Positions 28,185 through 37,642 of a stretch of DNA of 64,000 nt are shown in pieces. Each line of letters begins with the position of its first letter. Positions within the stretch are counted from its first letter, which is position 1. Both the position numbers and the translations under genes were made by a program. The stretch comes from a virus: positions 1 through 64,000 of IMG/VR virus record IMGVR_UViG_3300025687_000001; one strand, 5' to 3'. Under the pieces are notes generated by a model. That model ran no database searches. It was not told the origin of the DNA and worked only from the letters and a program-made list of their open reading frames with translations.

Positions 28185-29911
28185 TACATCATCCCTCCGG
28201 GAGCACCGCCGCCCTGCATCATGGCGCTGGCTTCGTTCTTCTGGTCAAGGTTGATCTGCTCCATACGCTGAATGACCACGGAGTACATGACGTAGTCTTC
28301 GGCCTGTAGCGATGCAAGCTGGGACTTCTTCTGCGACTCCGGCATCTGCATCATCTGCATAGCGATGTTCTCGGCCTGACCAATGATCGCCTGCTGGTCA
28401 TAGTTAGTGCCCATAGGCTGCTGGCCCTGCTGAGCCTGCGCCTTGGCTTTGGACGCCAGGCTCTCTTGGAACTCGGTCTGTAGACGTGCGATATCTTCTT
28501 GCATGCGCATGTCTGCGAGCGCCTCTTCTTTGATGCGCGACCGTTCCTCAGCTAAATCAATTTCGTACGTCTCTGCAAGCGTGGTCTTGCTAATGACGCC
28601 GCCCTGCCAGAGGCTCAGGATGAGCTGCTTCTGCTGCACGTCATCAACCATCTTGAAGTCTCCGAGCTCAACCTCGATCTCCGGCCAGCCCAGGTACTTA
28701 GCGACCTTGGTGCTCATCCACTGCAGGAAGTTGTTTAACTGCGAGACCGCCGTCTCTAGCTGGTTCTCGAGCATCCGCAGGGTCACACTGGACCCGGTGA
28801 AACTAAGCCCGCCGTACACGAACTCCTTAGGGAAGCCCATTGCCGAGATGATGTTGTCCTCGGCGCGCTGGATTTCGGAGTCGACTAGCAAGGCTCTGCC
28901 GTCCCCGCCTAGCGCTGTCTGTCCGACAGCCACAGGAGCGGTCATGATGTGATTGGGGTCCCGCCGCCACTGCTTCATGTTGTAACTGAGGTCATCCATC
29001 CAGGACTGGATAGACATGGTGGTAATGGGGTCTCCACTGCCGGACGTGGCAGCAGGGTGGACGATGCGCTTGGGCACAATACGCTCTAGCGCGATGGCCT
29101 CGTTGGCTTTGCGTAGCACTGCTGCGTGGTAAAACAACGGCATCGCAGCTACTAGCTGCGGGTAGCCCCAACCACTCTCGACACCCGCAGGGGCGTCAGC
29201 CTTCATGTGCCAGAGCTCGCCTTTGGTGAACTTAAAGGAAGAGTCCTCAGCGATTGTCTTTAAGACACTGAGAGGCATCGTCATCACTGTGTGACGATCG
29301 CCTTTGTCAACGAGCTCCTTAGTTTTGGCCGGGATCTCTAAATAATACTCGTACTCGTTTGTGATGGGGTTGTGGACGATGTTGATGAGCTTGGGGTCCC
29401 AACGGATGATATTGATCCGTGCGGGGTCCACCACCTTCTGATCTTTTACCAGAAAGGAGCCCTTCTTCTTACAGGCTGGGCATACGCCAGAAAACCTCGC
29501 CCGGCGAGGGTGGTACTTGAAGTCAACGTAGGCAATGTCCGTGCGGACGTTGCACGTCTTACAGACCAGCATTCTCTTGAACGGAAGCTGCACCGACGTA
29601 AGGCTGTTGCCGTAAACCTGCAGGTCGATACTGGCGCGAATGCACGCACGCTTAGCGCCGATGACCTTCTCCAGCGTGCGGCGGTACTTCTCGCGAAGAG
29701 ACTCGCTGTCAGTGTAGTAGTTGATAGTGGTGATGGGGTACTCAGCGAACTTCCGCACCCCTGCGAAGATCTGAGCAGAGTTGTAGTAGAGGTACTCTAC
29801 CCAAGTGAACAGCTTCTTCAGATCCTTCGGGGTATGCGCGTGTGCCCAGAGGCGCATGGGGTCCGAGTACATATCCCCGAGGTTGGTGGACTCATCGGCG
29901 CCTAGAAGCAT
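28184..29911 (-). CDS. Portal protein with Zn-ribbon insertion
   Basis: 575 aa; DLQVYGNS, LWHMK...GWGYPQL, IISAMGFPKEFVYG, coiled-coil Gln/Met tail; CKTC...CPAC insertion. Confidence 0.75.
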   Translation of the reverse strand: MLLGADESTNLGDMYSDPMRLWAHAHTPKDLKKLFTWVEYLYYNSAQIFAGVRKFAEYPITTINYYTDSESLREKYRRTLEKVIGAKRACIRASIDLQVYGNSLTSVQLPFKRMLVCKTCNVRTDIAYVDFKYHPRRARFSGVCPACKKKGSFLVKDQKVVDPARINIIRWDPKLINIVHNPITNEYEYYLEIPAKTKELVDKGDRHTVMTMPLSVLKTIAEDSSFKFTKGELWHMKADAPAGVESGWGYPQLVAAMPLFYHAAVLRKANEAIALERIVPKRIVHPAATSGSGDPITTMSIQSWMDDLSYNMKQWRRDPNHIMTAPVAVGQTALGGDGRALLVDSEIQRAEDNIISAMGFPKEFVYGGLSFTGSSVTLRMLENQLETAVSQLNNFLQWMSTKVAKYLGWPEIEVELGDFKMVDDVQQKQLILSLWQGGVISKTTLAETYEIDLAEERSRIKEEALADMRMQEDIARLQTEFQESLASKAKAQAQQGQQPMGTNYDQQAIIGQAENIAMQMMQMPESQKKSQLASLQAEDYVMYSVVIQRMEQINLDQKNEASAMMQGGGAPGGMM

Positions 29912-29920
29912 TTATCCGCC

Positions 29921-29937
29921 TCGAAATTTGGTATAAG
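29921..29937 (+). promoter_or_regulatory. Candidate promoter motif, copy 2 (tcgaaatttggtataag), extended -10-like
   Basis: TGGTATAAG ends 7 nt before ATG 29945. Confidence 0.55.
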
Positions 29938-29944
29938 CGAGTAG

Positions 29945-30343
29945 ATGCGATCACCTACCTGCGAGTTCTGCGAGAATCTTACTCCCTGCGGCGAGAGCGA
30001 ACAACTGCCGCGTAGGACGTGTTTGCTTCTTGCAGAACCCAACGAACTTCCGATCAACATGGCTCTCTGGAGGCCTGAAATTCCAGAGGACGCTGACGAA
30101 GAAACTGTCGAGCGTCTGTTCACAGAGCACCAATACCCCGAGTGTCCTCGGTGCAAGACAGGGCACCTGCGTCTTCAGGGGTGGCGAACCATGGGGATGG
30201 ACTTCCTCAGCGGGGTCACGTACGAACGTGAAGTCGCGGTAGTGTGCGACACGTGTGAGGTTCTTCACGTACGCGCGTACGATAACAATAAGGACCCTGC
30301 GATCCAATTCATCCCGGTAGCAAAGCTCTCCGCCACGACATGA
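29945..30343 (+). CDS. Zn-finger protein
   Basis: CEFC, CPRC, CDTC. Confidence 0.7.
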   Translation: MRSPTCEFCENLTPCGESEQLPRRTCLLLAEPNELPINMALWRPEIPEDADEETVERLFTEHQYPECPRCKTGHLRLQGWRTMGMDFLSGVTYEREVAVVCDTCEVLHVRAYDNNKDPAIQFIPVAKLSATT

Positions 30344-32385
30344 ATCTGGACTACCATGTTCTGAAGAACGGCTTTCCCGTCTTTACGCTGCGCAGTTCCA
30401 ACCAGGCCTTCTCGAAGGTCTACGGTGCAAAGTACTCAGCGAAATTCGGGCTTTGGATGTTCCCTGCGGGGAAGCCGTTCTTCGAACGGGTCCTTGATGA
30501 CCTAGAAGTTTTAGCTCCGGGGGTTGGGCGCACTGACGCTACCGAAAGCTATTTGGCACAGGTGGACCAGGCTGTAGCTACGAGTCCTCTTGTTCCCAAC
30601 TACGCGCACCAAGACGAAGCAGTGCAAGCGCTGTTGCAGCACTCTCGGTACGGGCTTTTCTTGGACCGAGGGCTGGGCAAAACCAAGGTCGTCATTGAAA
30701 CAGTGCGGGAGCTGCACCGACAGGACCCGAGCCTCCGTGTGCTCATCCTGGCTCTGCGAGTAAACCTCTACACCTGGGTGGACGAGTTCGCACAGTTCAC
30801 TAGAGGCGAGCTAAGCTGCTACCCCTTCGAAGCAGCCGTATATGCACCTAAGCGGCTGCGAGACAAGGCCGCGGCACTCAAGGAGGAGGCTCGCGTTCGC
30901 GCAAACGTGGCAGTGCGCCGCAAGCTGGGCCCGCTGCCTAGCACAGCGACCGATGCGCAGAAGAGAGCTCGTCTGGGCGTCATCAGAAAAGCTGTCAAGG
31001 CCGCTTGGAAAGAGCTGCCCTCGGCCGCGTACCTAGCTAGGGAAGAGCTGCTACAGCGAGTAATTCAGCACGAAGACCCCACAGCGCTGGTAGTAACGTA
31101 CGAGACTGCTTCGGCGTCCCTACAGATGCTGCTGGACCGCTTCGACTACCGGGTCATCGTGGCCGACGAGTCCCACAGGCTTCGAGGACACAACACGGGC
31201 ATCACCAAGGCCGCGCACAAGCTGGCAGCAAAGGCTGGCCGCAGGTACCTGGTCACGGGCACCCCGTCTCTCGGCAACCCGCTGCACGTCTGGGGGCAGT
31301 TCAAGTTCCTGGGGGACTTTGTTGTCCCCGGGTTCTGGGATTTCCGCAAGCGCCACGTGGTGACGGCGCCGTCCAACCCCAACTTCGTCACTGGGTTCAA
31401 AAACCTGGACAAGCTGTCTGCGCTGACGGATGAACTGTCCCTCCGCAAGACCGCAGAGGAGTGCTTGGACCTGCCGGATCGCGTCTTCCAGCACCACAGC
31501 ATCCCCCCGTCCGCAGCTCAAAAGGCTATCTACAACACCATCATCGAAGACCGCATCATCAATTACGATGGCACCGACGTGGAGCTCACAGAGCCCGTAG
31601 TCATGCTCAACAAGCTGGCGCAGCTTAGTGCGGGGTTCTACTACGTAGATCGTAGAGACCCAACAATCTGCGACGGGTGCGAACACCAGGCTCACTGTGT
31701 TCTGAACGAAGTACAGCCCTACACGCAGGCTTGTCATGTGGTCACCAAGGCTCCGGACCGCGGGATCTTTTGGGCAGAGGACACTCCTGCGGTGCTATCA
31801 GCTACTGTCGAGCTGGTCAAAGAGCACCTCGAAGAGAAGCGCAAGGTCATCGTCTGGGCCAAGCACCACGCAGTACTGGACCGGCTCTTCGAGGAGTTGA
31901 AGGGACCCACTGAGTGGGCTTTAAGCCCTGGTGGGGAAACGCTGTTGCGCTACGACAGCCGCGTCAGCACACCTCCTCACGAGATTGAGAAGACTTTCAA
32001 CACGCACCCCCGGGCTAAGGTACTATTGGCGCAGATCTCCATGGGCATCGGTGTCACGTTCAAAGCACCTGTCATGGTCTACTCGGAGGTGGACTGGCGC
32101 CTTGATTTCTGGTTGCAGAGCTTGGACCGCAATTACGGCATTAGAGCCAAAGGGTTCAAGAAGCTACTAGTTCAAACAGTAGCTGCTCGAGGGTCTTTGA
32201 CAGAATCTACGTTGAATCTGTTAAAAGAAAAGCGAGACGTAGCTGAACTGCTCGCACGAAAGCCCTCTTGCGTGGGCTGCGAACAGGTCTCTACTTGTTT
32301 GGCGCAGGGTACTGAGCCCTTTGAAGAGGGGTGCAAGTACGACAGCAAAGTCTCCCTCGCCAAGGTTCGTCCGAAGTTTCTTTAG
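30340..32385 (+). CDS. SNF2-family helicase
   Basis: YAHQ, DRGLGKT, ADESH, TGTP, QSLDRN. Confidence 0.9.
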   Translation: MNLDYHVLKNGFPVFTLRSSNQAFSKVYGAKYSAKFGLWMFPAGKPFFERVLDDLEVLAPGVGRTDATESYLAQVDQAVATSPLVPNYAHQDEAVQALLQHSRYGLFLDRGLGKTKVVIETVRELHRQDPSLRVLILALRVNLYTWVDEFAQFTRGELSCYPFEAAVYAPKRLRDKAAALKEEARVRANVAVRRKLGPLPSTATDAQKRARLGVIRKAVKAAWKELPSAAYLAREELLQRVIQHEDPTALVVTYETASASLQMLLDRFDYRVIVADESHRLRGHNTGITKAAHKLAAKAGRRYLVTGTPSLGNPLHVWGQFKFLGDFVVPGFWDFRKRHVVTAPSNPNFVTGFKNLDKLSALTDELSLRKTAEECLDLPDRVFQHHSIPPSAAQKAIYNTIIEDRIINYDGTDVELTEPVVMLNKLAQLSAGFYYVDRRDPTICDGCEHQAHCVLNEVQPYTQACHVVTKAPDRGIFWAEDTPAVLSATVELVKEHLEEKRKVIVWAKHHAVLDRLFEELKGPTEWALSPGGETLLRYDSRVSTPPHEIEKTFNTHPRAKVLLAQISMGIGVTFKAPVMVYSEVDWRLDFWLQSLDRNYGIRAKGFKKLLVQTVAARGSLTESTLNLLKEKRDVAELLARKPSCVGCEQVSTCLAQGTEPFEEGCKYDSKVSLAKVRPKFL

Positions 32386-32386
32386 C

Positions 32387-32830
32387 TTGCTAGTAACGAT
32401 CACCACAGACGGGTCAGCAGTTAAGAACCCGGGCCCAATTCGCATTGGGGCCGTTCTGCAAGACGCTGACGGAAACATTCTCGCCTTGCTGTCAGAAGAC
32501 GCAGGCGTAGGTACAAACAACGTCGCAGAGTACCGAGCGATTCTTAGAGGACTTGAGGTGGCGGAGCGGCTAGGAGCCAGCCACGCTACCGTTTACTCAG
32601 ACTCGCAACTCTGCATCAAACAACTCAATGGCGAGTACGTGGTAAAAAATATCCGCTTGCGCCATTGGTACGATAAAATACGGCGACTGGAAAAGCGTAT
32701 TACGCGCGTACGGTACCGGTGGCAAAGCCGCGAAGAGGGCCTTCAGCCTGACGCGGATGCACTTGCTGCCGGAGGCGAAGAAGCCCAAACCGTGCTGCTG
32801 AAGTACGCTCGAGTCGCTGTTCAGGAGTAA
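32387..32830 (+). CDS. rnhA: Ribonuclease HI
   Basis: TDGS..NPGP, GTNNVAEY, YSDSQL, ADALA; likely TTG start at 32387. Confidence 0.88.
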   Translation: MLVTITTDGSAVKNPGPIRIGAVLQDADGNILALLSEDAGVGTNNVAEYRAILRGLEVAERLGASHATVYSDSQLCIKQLNGEYVVKNIRLRHWYDKIRRLEKRITRVRYRWQSREEGLQPDADALAAGGEEAQTVLLKYARVAVQE

Positions 32831-32833
32831 GTC

Positions 32834-33658
32834 ATGCCCATTGGGCTCGACGTCGATTTTGAAGACACGGAACGAGGACCCGCTTCCCCCGCTTTGGAAG
32901 TTCCCGGCGGGTACCTCTCCAACAGCCGCATTGCCAAATACTTACGTTGCGGCGAAAACTTTAGACGTACGTACGTAGAAGGGAACCGCTGGCGCGGCAA
33001 CGCCAGCACTTCCGTAGGGAAGTCGGTCCACGCCCTGGTCGAAAACACCCTTCGAGATTTCATGGCCACTGGGTACCTCCGTCCGATTGAAGCAGGGCTC
33101 GACGAGGCCAGTGGAGTAACCACGGGGATCTTGAATGACACAGAGCTGGTCGGAGACGAGTTAGCTGTCTCTAACGACGAGTACATAGCTCGAGTGCAGC
33201 GCGCCTACAAAGTCTGGCATGAGCTGCGGGCACCTGAGATTGTGCCGGTGGTAGTTGAAAAAGAGTTCGACCAGCCGGTTAACGGCGTGAGGGTCAAAGG
33301 AATCATTGACCTTATTGACGCTGGTAGCGGAACCAATACGATCATTGACTTGAAGATCACCAAGCGTAAAAAGTCAGAACGCGAAGCTAAAAATTCCCTG
33401 CAGCTCGCGCTTTACGCAAACGTTACCAGCGTCCCTCGAGTGGGGTTTGACGCAATCGTAGACAAGGCCTCTGGAACAGAAGTTCACCCGGTGAGGGTTA
33501 CTCTCACCCCGGGCGAAATCAAGTGGGCAGGCACCCTAGTGCGAAACGTAGCAGAGAGCATCTCCAAGGGGGTGTTTCCGCTATCTTCGCCAGAAGAGTG
33601 GTGGTGCTCTGAAAGCTTCTGTCCCTTTTGGAAGGACTGTCGCGGCGGCGCCGGATAG
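32834..33658 (+). CDS. PD-(D/E)XK nuclease, RecB/Cas4-like
   Basis: LSNSRI..YLRC, GIIDLI, IIDLK, QLALY, C-terminal C...C...C. Confidence 0.85.
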   Translation: MPIGLDVDFEDTERGPASPALEVPGGYLSNSRIAKYLRCGENFRRTYVEGNRWRGNASTSVGKSVHALVENTLRDFMATGYLRPIEAGLDEASGVTTGILNDTELVGDELAVSNDEYIARVQRAYKVWHELRAPEIVPVVVEKEFDQPVNGVRVKGIIDLIDAGSGTNTIIDLKITKRKKSEREAKNSLQLALYANVTSVPRVGFDAIVDKASGTEVHPVRVTLTPGEIKWAGTLVRNVAESISKGVFPLSSPEEWWCSESFCPFWKDCRGGAG

Positions 33659-33701
33659 CTACCGAACTCCCGGCCCTCGGTAGCGAGGGATTATTTATCC
33701 T

Positions 33702-33980
33702 ATGGATAGAGACCCTATAACAACGGCACTAGCCGAAAACCCTTCTAGAGAAAAAGCGGAAAAGATCCTAACCGCCCTTGAAGCCCTAGTAGATGTGGGC
33801 AGCGTGCTTGTAGCCCGCACGGGTAAGCCTTCCCTGAAATTGGGAATCGTAGCCCTGCGAGCGTCCATAAAAGCAGTCAAGGCATACCTGGCTACGCGCA
33901 CAGGTGCGGATCTGTATTTAGCAGTGGACAACACCAACCCCCCAACTGAGCGAAAGGAAGACGATATTGTCCTTCACTGA
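33702..33980 (+). CDS. Hypothetical protein
   Basis: 92-aa ORF with GAGGGA RBS. Confidence 0.55.
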   Translation: MDRDPITTALAENPSREKAEKILTALEALVDVGSVLVARTGKPSLKLGIVALRASIKAVKAYLATRTGADLYLAVDNTNPPTERKEDDIVLH

Positions 33981-34941
33981 AGCTGACGTTTCTCTCTCTG
34001 AGCTGCATGTCGATCCCGAAAACAACACTCGGGAGGACTATGGCGACATCGACGAACTAAAGACTCGCATCAAGGCACTGGGCCTGTGGGGACGTATCCA
34101 CGTAAGCGAGGTAGTCGATGAGGGTGACGGAAAGAAGTATACCCTCGAAAACGGGTTCCGCCGTGTTCGCGCTGTCAGCGAACTAGTCAGCGAAGGCGTC
34201 ACCCACAGCAAGACGGGGCAGGACCTTCGTACCCTGAAGGCGCAAGTGCTAGACGGCAGCATGACCGACACGGAGCGTGCAGAGCTCATGCTGGCCATCA
34301 ACACTAGCCAGAAAGCCTGGACCCCGTACGAGCAGGCCAAGGAGATCGAGTACCTTCTTCAGAACGGGATTGACCTTCCGGACATTCAGGAGCGGTTGGG
34401 GCTAAAGGAGCTGGCGGTTAAGCAGCGGCTAGCCCTCCTGTCGGCGCCAGACTTTCTCCAAGACGCGCTAGCGAAGAACGAGGTCTCCGCAACCCACGCT
34501 CGAGCTATCCTTCGTGTGCCCAACGAAGACATGCAGAAGGAGCTAACCCAGAAGGCTGTGTCGGAAGATCTGGCTACTCGCGAAATCGAGACCCTGGCTG
34601 AAACCATGGTCGAGAAGGCGGTGGAGCAGGGAGCACCTGAGCCTCGCCGTAAGCGCAAGAAGAAGGATGAAGGTGCCGTCAGCGTTCCCAAGACCCCTAC
34701 GCTGCCTGTGCGTCCTGCGGAAGAGATCATCGCTGAGATGGAGGCCTACCAGGCCGCGATGCTCGACGCTGACGAGGTCACCAAGGTGGAGCTGGAGGCG
34801 TACGTAGCAGCGCTTAGCTGGACGCTGTACGACGCGGACATTTCTCCGGCCGCCGAGGACACCGCTGACGCCGACGACGTTGATGAGTCGGAAGAGGAAG
34901 CTGATCTGGACGACGACGACGCGACGGAGGCGGCTTCCTAG
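33967..34941 (+). CDS. ParB/Spo0J-like protein
   Basis: N.R..., LENGFRRVRA, N...WTPYEQA, HTH, VSATHARAIL; acidic tail. Confidence 0.85.
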   Translation: MSFTEADVSLSELHVDPENNTREDYGDIDELKTRIKALGLWGRIHVSEVVDEGDGKKYTLENGFRRVRAVSELVSEGVTHSKTGQDLRTLKAQVLDGSMTDTERAELMLAINTSQKAWTPYEQAKEIEYLLQNGIDLPDIQERLGLKELAVKQRLALLSAPDFLQDALAKNEVSATHARAILRVPNEDMQKELTQKAVSEDLATREIETLAETMVEKAVEQGAPEPRRKRKKKDEGAVSVPKTPTLPVRPAEEIIAEMEAYQAAMLDADEVTKVELEAYVAALSWTLYDADISPAAEDTADADDVDESEEEADLDDDDATEAAS

Positions 34942-35010
34942 AGTCCTCGCGGGCGCTTCAGGGACGCGCCATAACGGCTCACCCCCCTACAGCCCTGAAG
35001 CTACACACGT

Positions 35011-35042
35011 CCCCGGCCGTGGCCCAAAGCCGGGGTTCTTTT
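35011..35042 (+). terminator. Intrinsic terminator between converging ParB and sigma genes
   Basis: ccccggc/gccgggg stem followed by ttctttt. Confidence 0.65.
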
Positions 35043-35045
35043 AGT

Positions 35046-35834
35046 TCAAAAGACGTCGTGAAACTCGCGCACTTCGTCGTACGCCATCCAGCGCCGCAAT
35101 TTAGAAAGCGAGCCTGCCTTCAATTGCCGCACACGCTCACTGCTGAGCCCTAAATACGTGGCAATCTGCCGGAGGCGCAGTCCCTCGCCTTCATTGATGA
35201 GCCCGAAGTACGCGCGCAGGATGAACTGCTCCCGCACGGTCAAAAAGCGAAACCAGCGTCCGAAGAGCTCTCGAGCGTCCGAGACGCTTTGAAGCTCCTC
35301 CCTTGGGGAGTCTGGCTCGAAGTTACCGGTTAAGTCTGCTGAAGGGAGGTTGGGCGGGGAGTCTTCTGGAGCGGCGGAGATAGCTTGATATCGACTGTCC
35401 GCGGAGGACACGTTTTCCCCGCGGGCCCGCCTAGTAGAGGCGGACTGCATTCGGTATTTCTTCTCCTTTGAGGAGGGCGCTACGACCTCGTGCAAGGAGG
35501 TCAGTTCTGTGCGCATGTGCATCAGTATCCAGAAAGCGGCATACGATGCGAAGCGCGTCCCCCTCTCAGGATCGAATTTATCGACAGCCTCCATAAGCCC
35601 TACATTCCCTGCCGAAATAAGTGCTTTTAAGGTGTCGGGGTTCTTGTCCATCCAGTACCGACGGGCTAAGCTGAACACCAGCTTCAAGCAACTCTCGACC
35701 AGCAAGCGCCGGAGGTTAGGGCACGAAGTTTCTATGTACTCGCGGAAAAGTTCGCGTTCCTCTTCGGGGGAGTAGGTCCGCACCCTGCTTAGGGCTAGGT
35801 AATAAGCCTTGAGAACAGGGTCAGACGAATTCAT
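35046..35834 (-). CDS. Sigma-70 family RNA polymerase sigma factor
   Basis: Region 1.2 (YSPEEEREL), region 2 (LISAGNVGLMEAVDKFDPERGTRFASYAAFWI), region 4 (LTVREQFIL...IATYLGLSSERVRQL); likely ATG 35834. Confidence 0.92.
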   Translation of the reverse strand: MNSSDPVLKAYYLALSRVRTYSPEEERELFREYIETSCPNLRRLLVESCLKLVFSLARRYWMDKNPDTLKALISAGNVGLMEAVDKFDPERGTRFASYAAFWILMHMRTELTSLHEVVAPSSKEKKYRMQSASTRRARGENVSSADSRYQAISAAPEDSPPNLPSADLTGNFEPDSPREELQSVSDARELFGRWFRFLTVREQFILRAYFGLINEGEGLRLRQIATYLGLSSERVRQLKAGSLSKLRRWMAYDEVREFHDVF

Positions 35835-35932
35835 GGGTACCCATAAGCTTGCTGCCAGTGTAGGCAGTGTACCAGGAAAAAGAGGAGACGTCTCCTCTAA
35901 CAATGTCAACGACTTACAAGGAAATACACCTA

Positions 35933-36799
35933 GTGTCAACGACTGAATTGGCCATCAAGGCCGAAGACCTTTTTGCTCTAGAGCATCTGACCGAGGTCCA
36001 GCAGGAGATGCTGGAAACCCTGCTGAGCCGTTTCTCCGGAGGTAGCAACGCCGGAGGGCCCGTGGGGCTGGATATCACGGACGACACCCAGTCCCCGCTC
36101 CAGCTCCCCGTGGTCAAGCTGCGTCAGCGGATGACCACAGACCCGTCGTGTCCGGAGACGGCGAAGATCGGGGATCTGTACGCCACCAGCGGCGATCTGC
36201 TAGACAACCCCTTGACGGTGATCCCTGTCGCTATCTGGAACTCCAACATCAAGTGGGAGGAGGGCGGCGGCAAGAACATCGAGTGCTCCAGCCCTGACGG
36301 TAAGTGGGGCGCCATCAACATCGCTTGCGCTGACTGCCCGGACAAGCCCTGGCGGGACAACACAAAGCAGGCGTGCGACAACGTTCTCAACGCGGTGGTT
36401 CTCACGGAGAACCTCGGACTTTACCAGGTTCGCTTCTCCGGGACGTCGTACACGGCCGGGCGCACCCTGGTTCGTTTCGCGCGTACGCTTCCCAACCTGT
36501 GGTGTCGGACTTTCGCTATCTGCTCTTCTTCTCGGAAGAACAACAAGGGCGAGTACTTTGTGTTCGAGACCAAGGCCACGGGTGAGGAGCCCACTGCGGA
36601 CGTTCAGAAGGTTGCGGAGTACGTTTGCCGTAGCCTGGCCGCCGCCCGAGAAGGCTTCCTGATGGATTGGTACAAGCGCGTCAAGAGTGGCGGCTCCATG
36701 CCCGAGCAGACCGAGACGACGGGTGGGGTTACCACCATCGGGACCGAGGTGCTCTCCTCCTCGGCCGCGGATGACGACCCGGACTTCGGAGAGATGTGA
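35933..36799 (+). CDS. Probable ssDNA-binding/annealing protein
   Basis: CSSPDG...CADCP...C motif, acidic-aromatic tail (DDDPDFGEM), first gene of the replication block. Confidence 0.5.
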   Translation: MSTTELAIKAEDLFALEHLTEVQQEMLETLLSRFSGGSNAGGPVGLDITDDTQSPLQLPVVKLRQRMTTDPSCPETAKIGDLYATSGDLLDNPLTVIPVAIWNSNIKWEEGGGKNIECSSPDGKWGAINIACADCPDKPWRDNTKQACDNVLNAVVLTENLGLYQVRFSGTSYTAGRTLVRFARTLPNLWCRTFAICSSSRKNNKGEYFVFETKATGEEPTADVQKVAEYVCRSLAAAREGFLMDWYKRVKSGGSMPEQTETTGGVTTIGTEVLSSSAADDDPDFGEM

Positions 36800-36803
36800 G
36801 TCT

Positions 36804-36849
36804 CAGGCGGGGGTGCTGCACAATTGCGCCCCCGCCTGGTCTCTTTTTT
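36804..36849 (+). terminator. Intrinsic terminator
   Basis: caggcggggg/cccccgcctg stem followed by tctctttttt. Confidence 0.75.
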
Positions 36850-36859
36850 AGGAGAAAGA

Positions 36860-37636
36860 ATGCACAAGTTTTCCGAAGCAGCGTTGTCGGGGGCGCCTTG
36901 GTCCGTGTCCAAGGCTGATACTGCAATCAAGTGCCCGCTTAAGTACACGTATCAGTACGTCGAGAAGTTAAAGCTCACCGGCGCGCAAGCTGCGAATCTA
37001 GACGACACGGCTCTCCGCGTTGGCAGCGCCGCCCACGAGTACGCGGAGGCCTGCGCCAAGGGTCGCCCTAAGACAATGGCGCTTAGGCAGGCCATCAAGA
37101 AGAACAAGCTTCTCTCTGAAGAGAAGGAGAAGCTCGAGTACCTCATCCCGGGCATCGAAGAGTTTCTTACGCGCGTAGAAGCGTTTAAGACTAATCAGGG
37201 AATCAGCGACGACCTGGTAGAGGGAGACTTCGGCATTACTGCGGAGGGTGCACCAACCGGGTTTTGGGACGACGACGTTTTCTTTCGATGGAAGGTTGAC
37301 CGCCAGCTAGTCTCTGCTACCGGCAAGACGGCGGCGATTATTGACCTGAAGACGGGAAAGTCTACTTCGCTTCGTTGGTCCCAGAATCAGTTGGACGCGT
37401 ACGCTTACGGCGCGTTCTGCGCGTATCCGGAGCTCGAGCGTGTACGGTGTGGGTTGTTTTCTGCTATGGACGGAGACTTCATTTGGGCTCCGGAGTACCG
37501 TAGAGACACTATGGATGACAACCCCACCCCCGCTTTCCTGGAAGAAGCGGCCGAAGCCTCTACGTCGACGGAAGCCAAGCCCGGTAAGCACTGCAACTGG
37601 TGCCCCTACCAGAACGTCTGCCCGGCAAAGCAGTGA
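36860..37636 (+). CDS. PD-(D/E)XK nuclease, Cas4/RecB-like
   Basis: WSVSK...KCP, GSAAHE, KVDR, IIDLKTG, QLDAY, CNWCPYQNVC; AGGAG RBS. Confidence 0.85.
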   Translation: MHKFSEAALSGAPWSVSKADTAIKCPLKYTYQYVEKLKLTGAQAANLDDTALRVGSAAHEYAEACAKGRPKTMALRQAIKKNKLLSEEKEKLEYLIPGIEEFLTRVEAFKTNQGISDDLVEGDFGITAEGAPTGFWDDDVFFRWKVDRQLVSATGKTAAIIDLKTGKSTSLRWSQNQLDAYAYGAFCAYPELERVRCGLFSAMDGDFIWAPEYRRDTMDDNPTPAFLEEAAEASTSTEAKPGKHCNWCPYQNVCPAKQ

Positions 37637-37642
37637 TCTCCC

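Noticed and set aside
32834-37636. Cas4-like nucleases as a CRISPR-Cas system
   Set aside because: No cas1/cas2 or array in the window; stand-alone PD-(D/E)XK nucleases are common in phage replication modules
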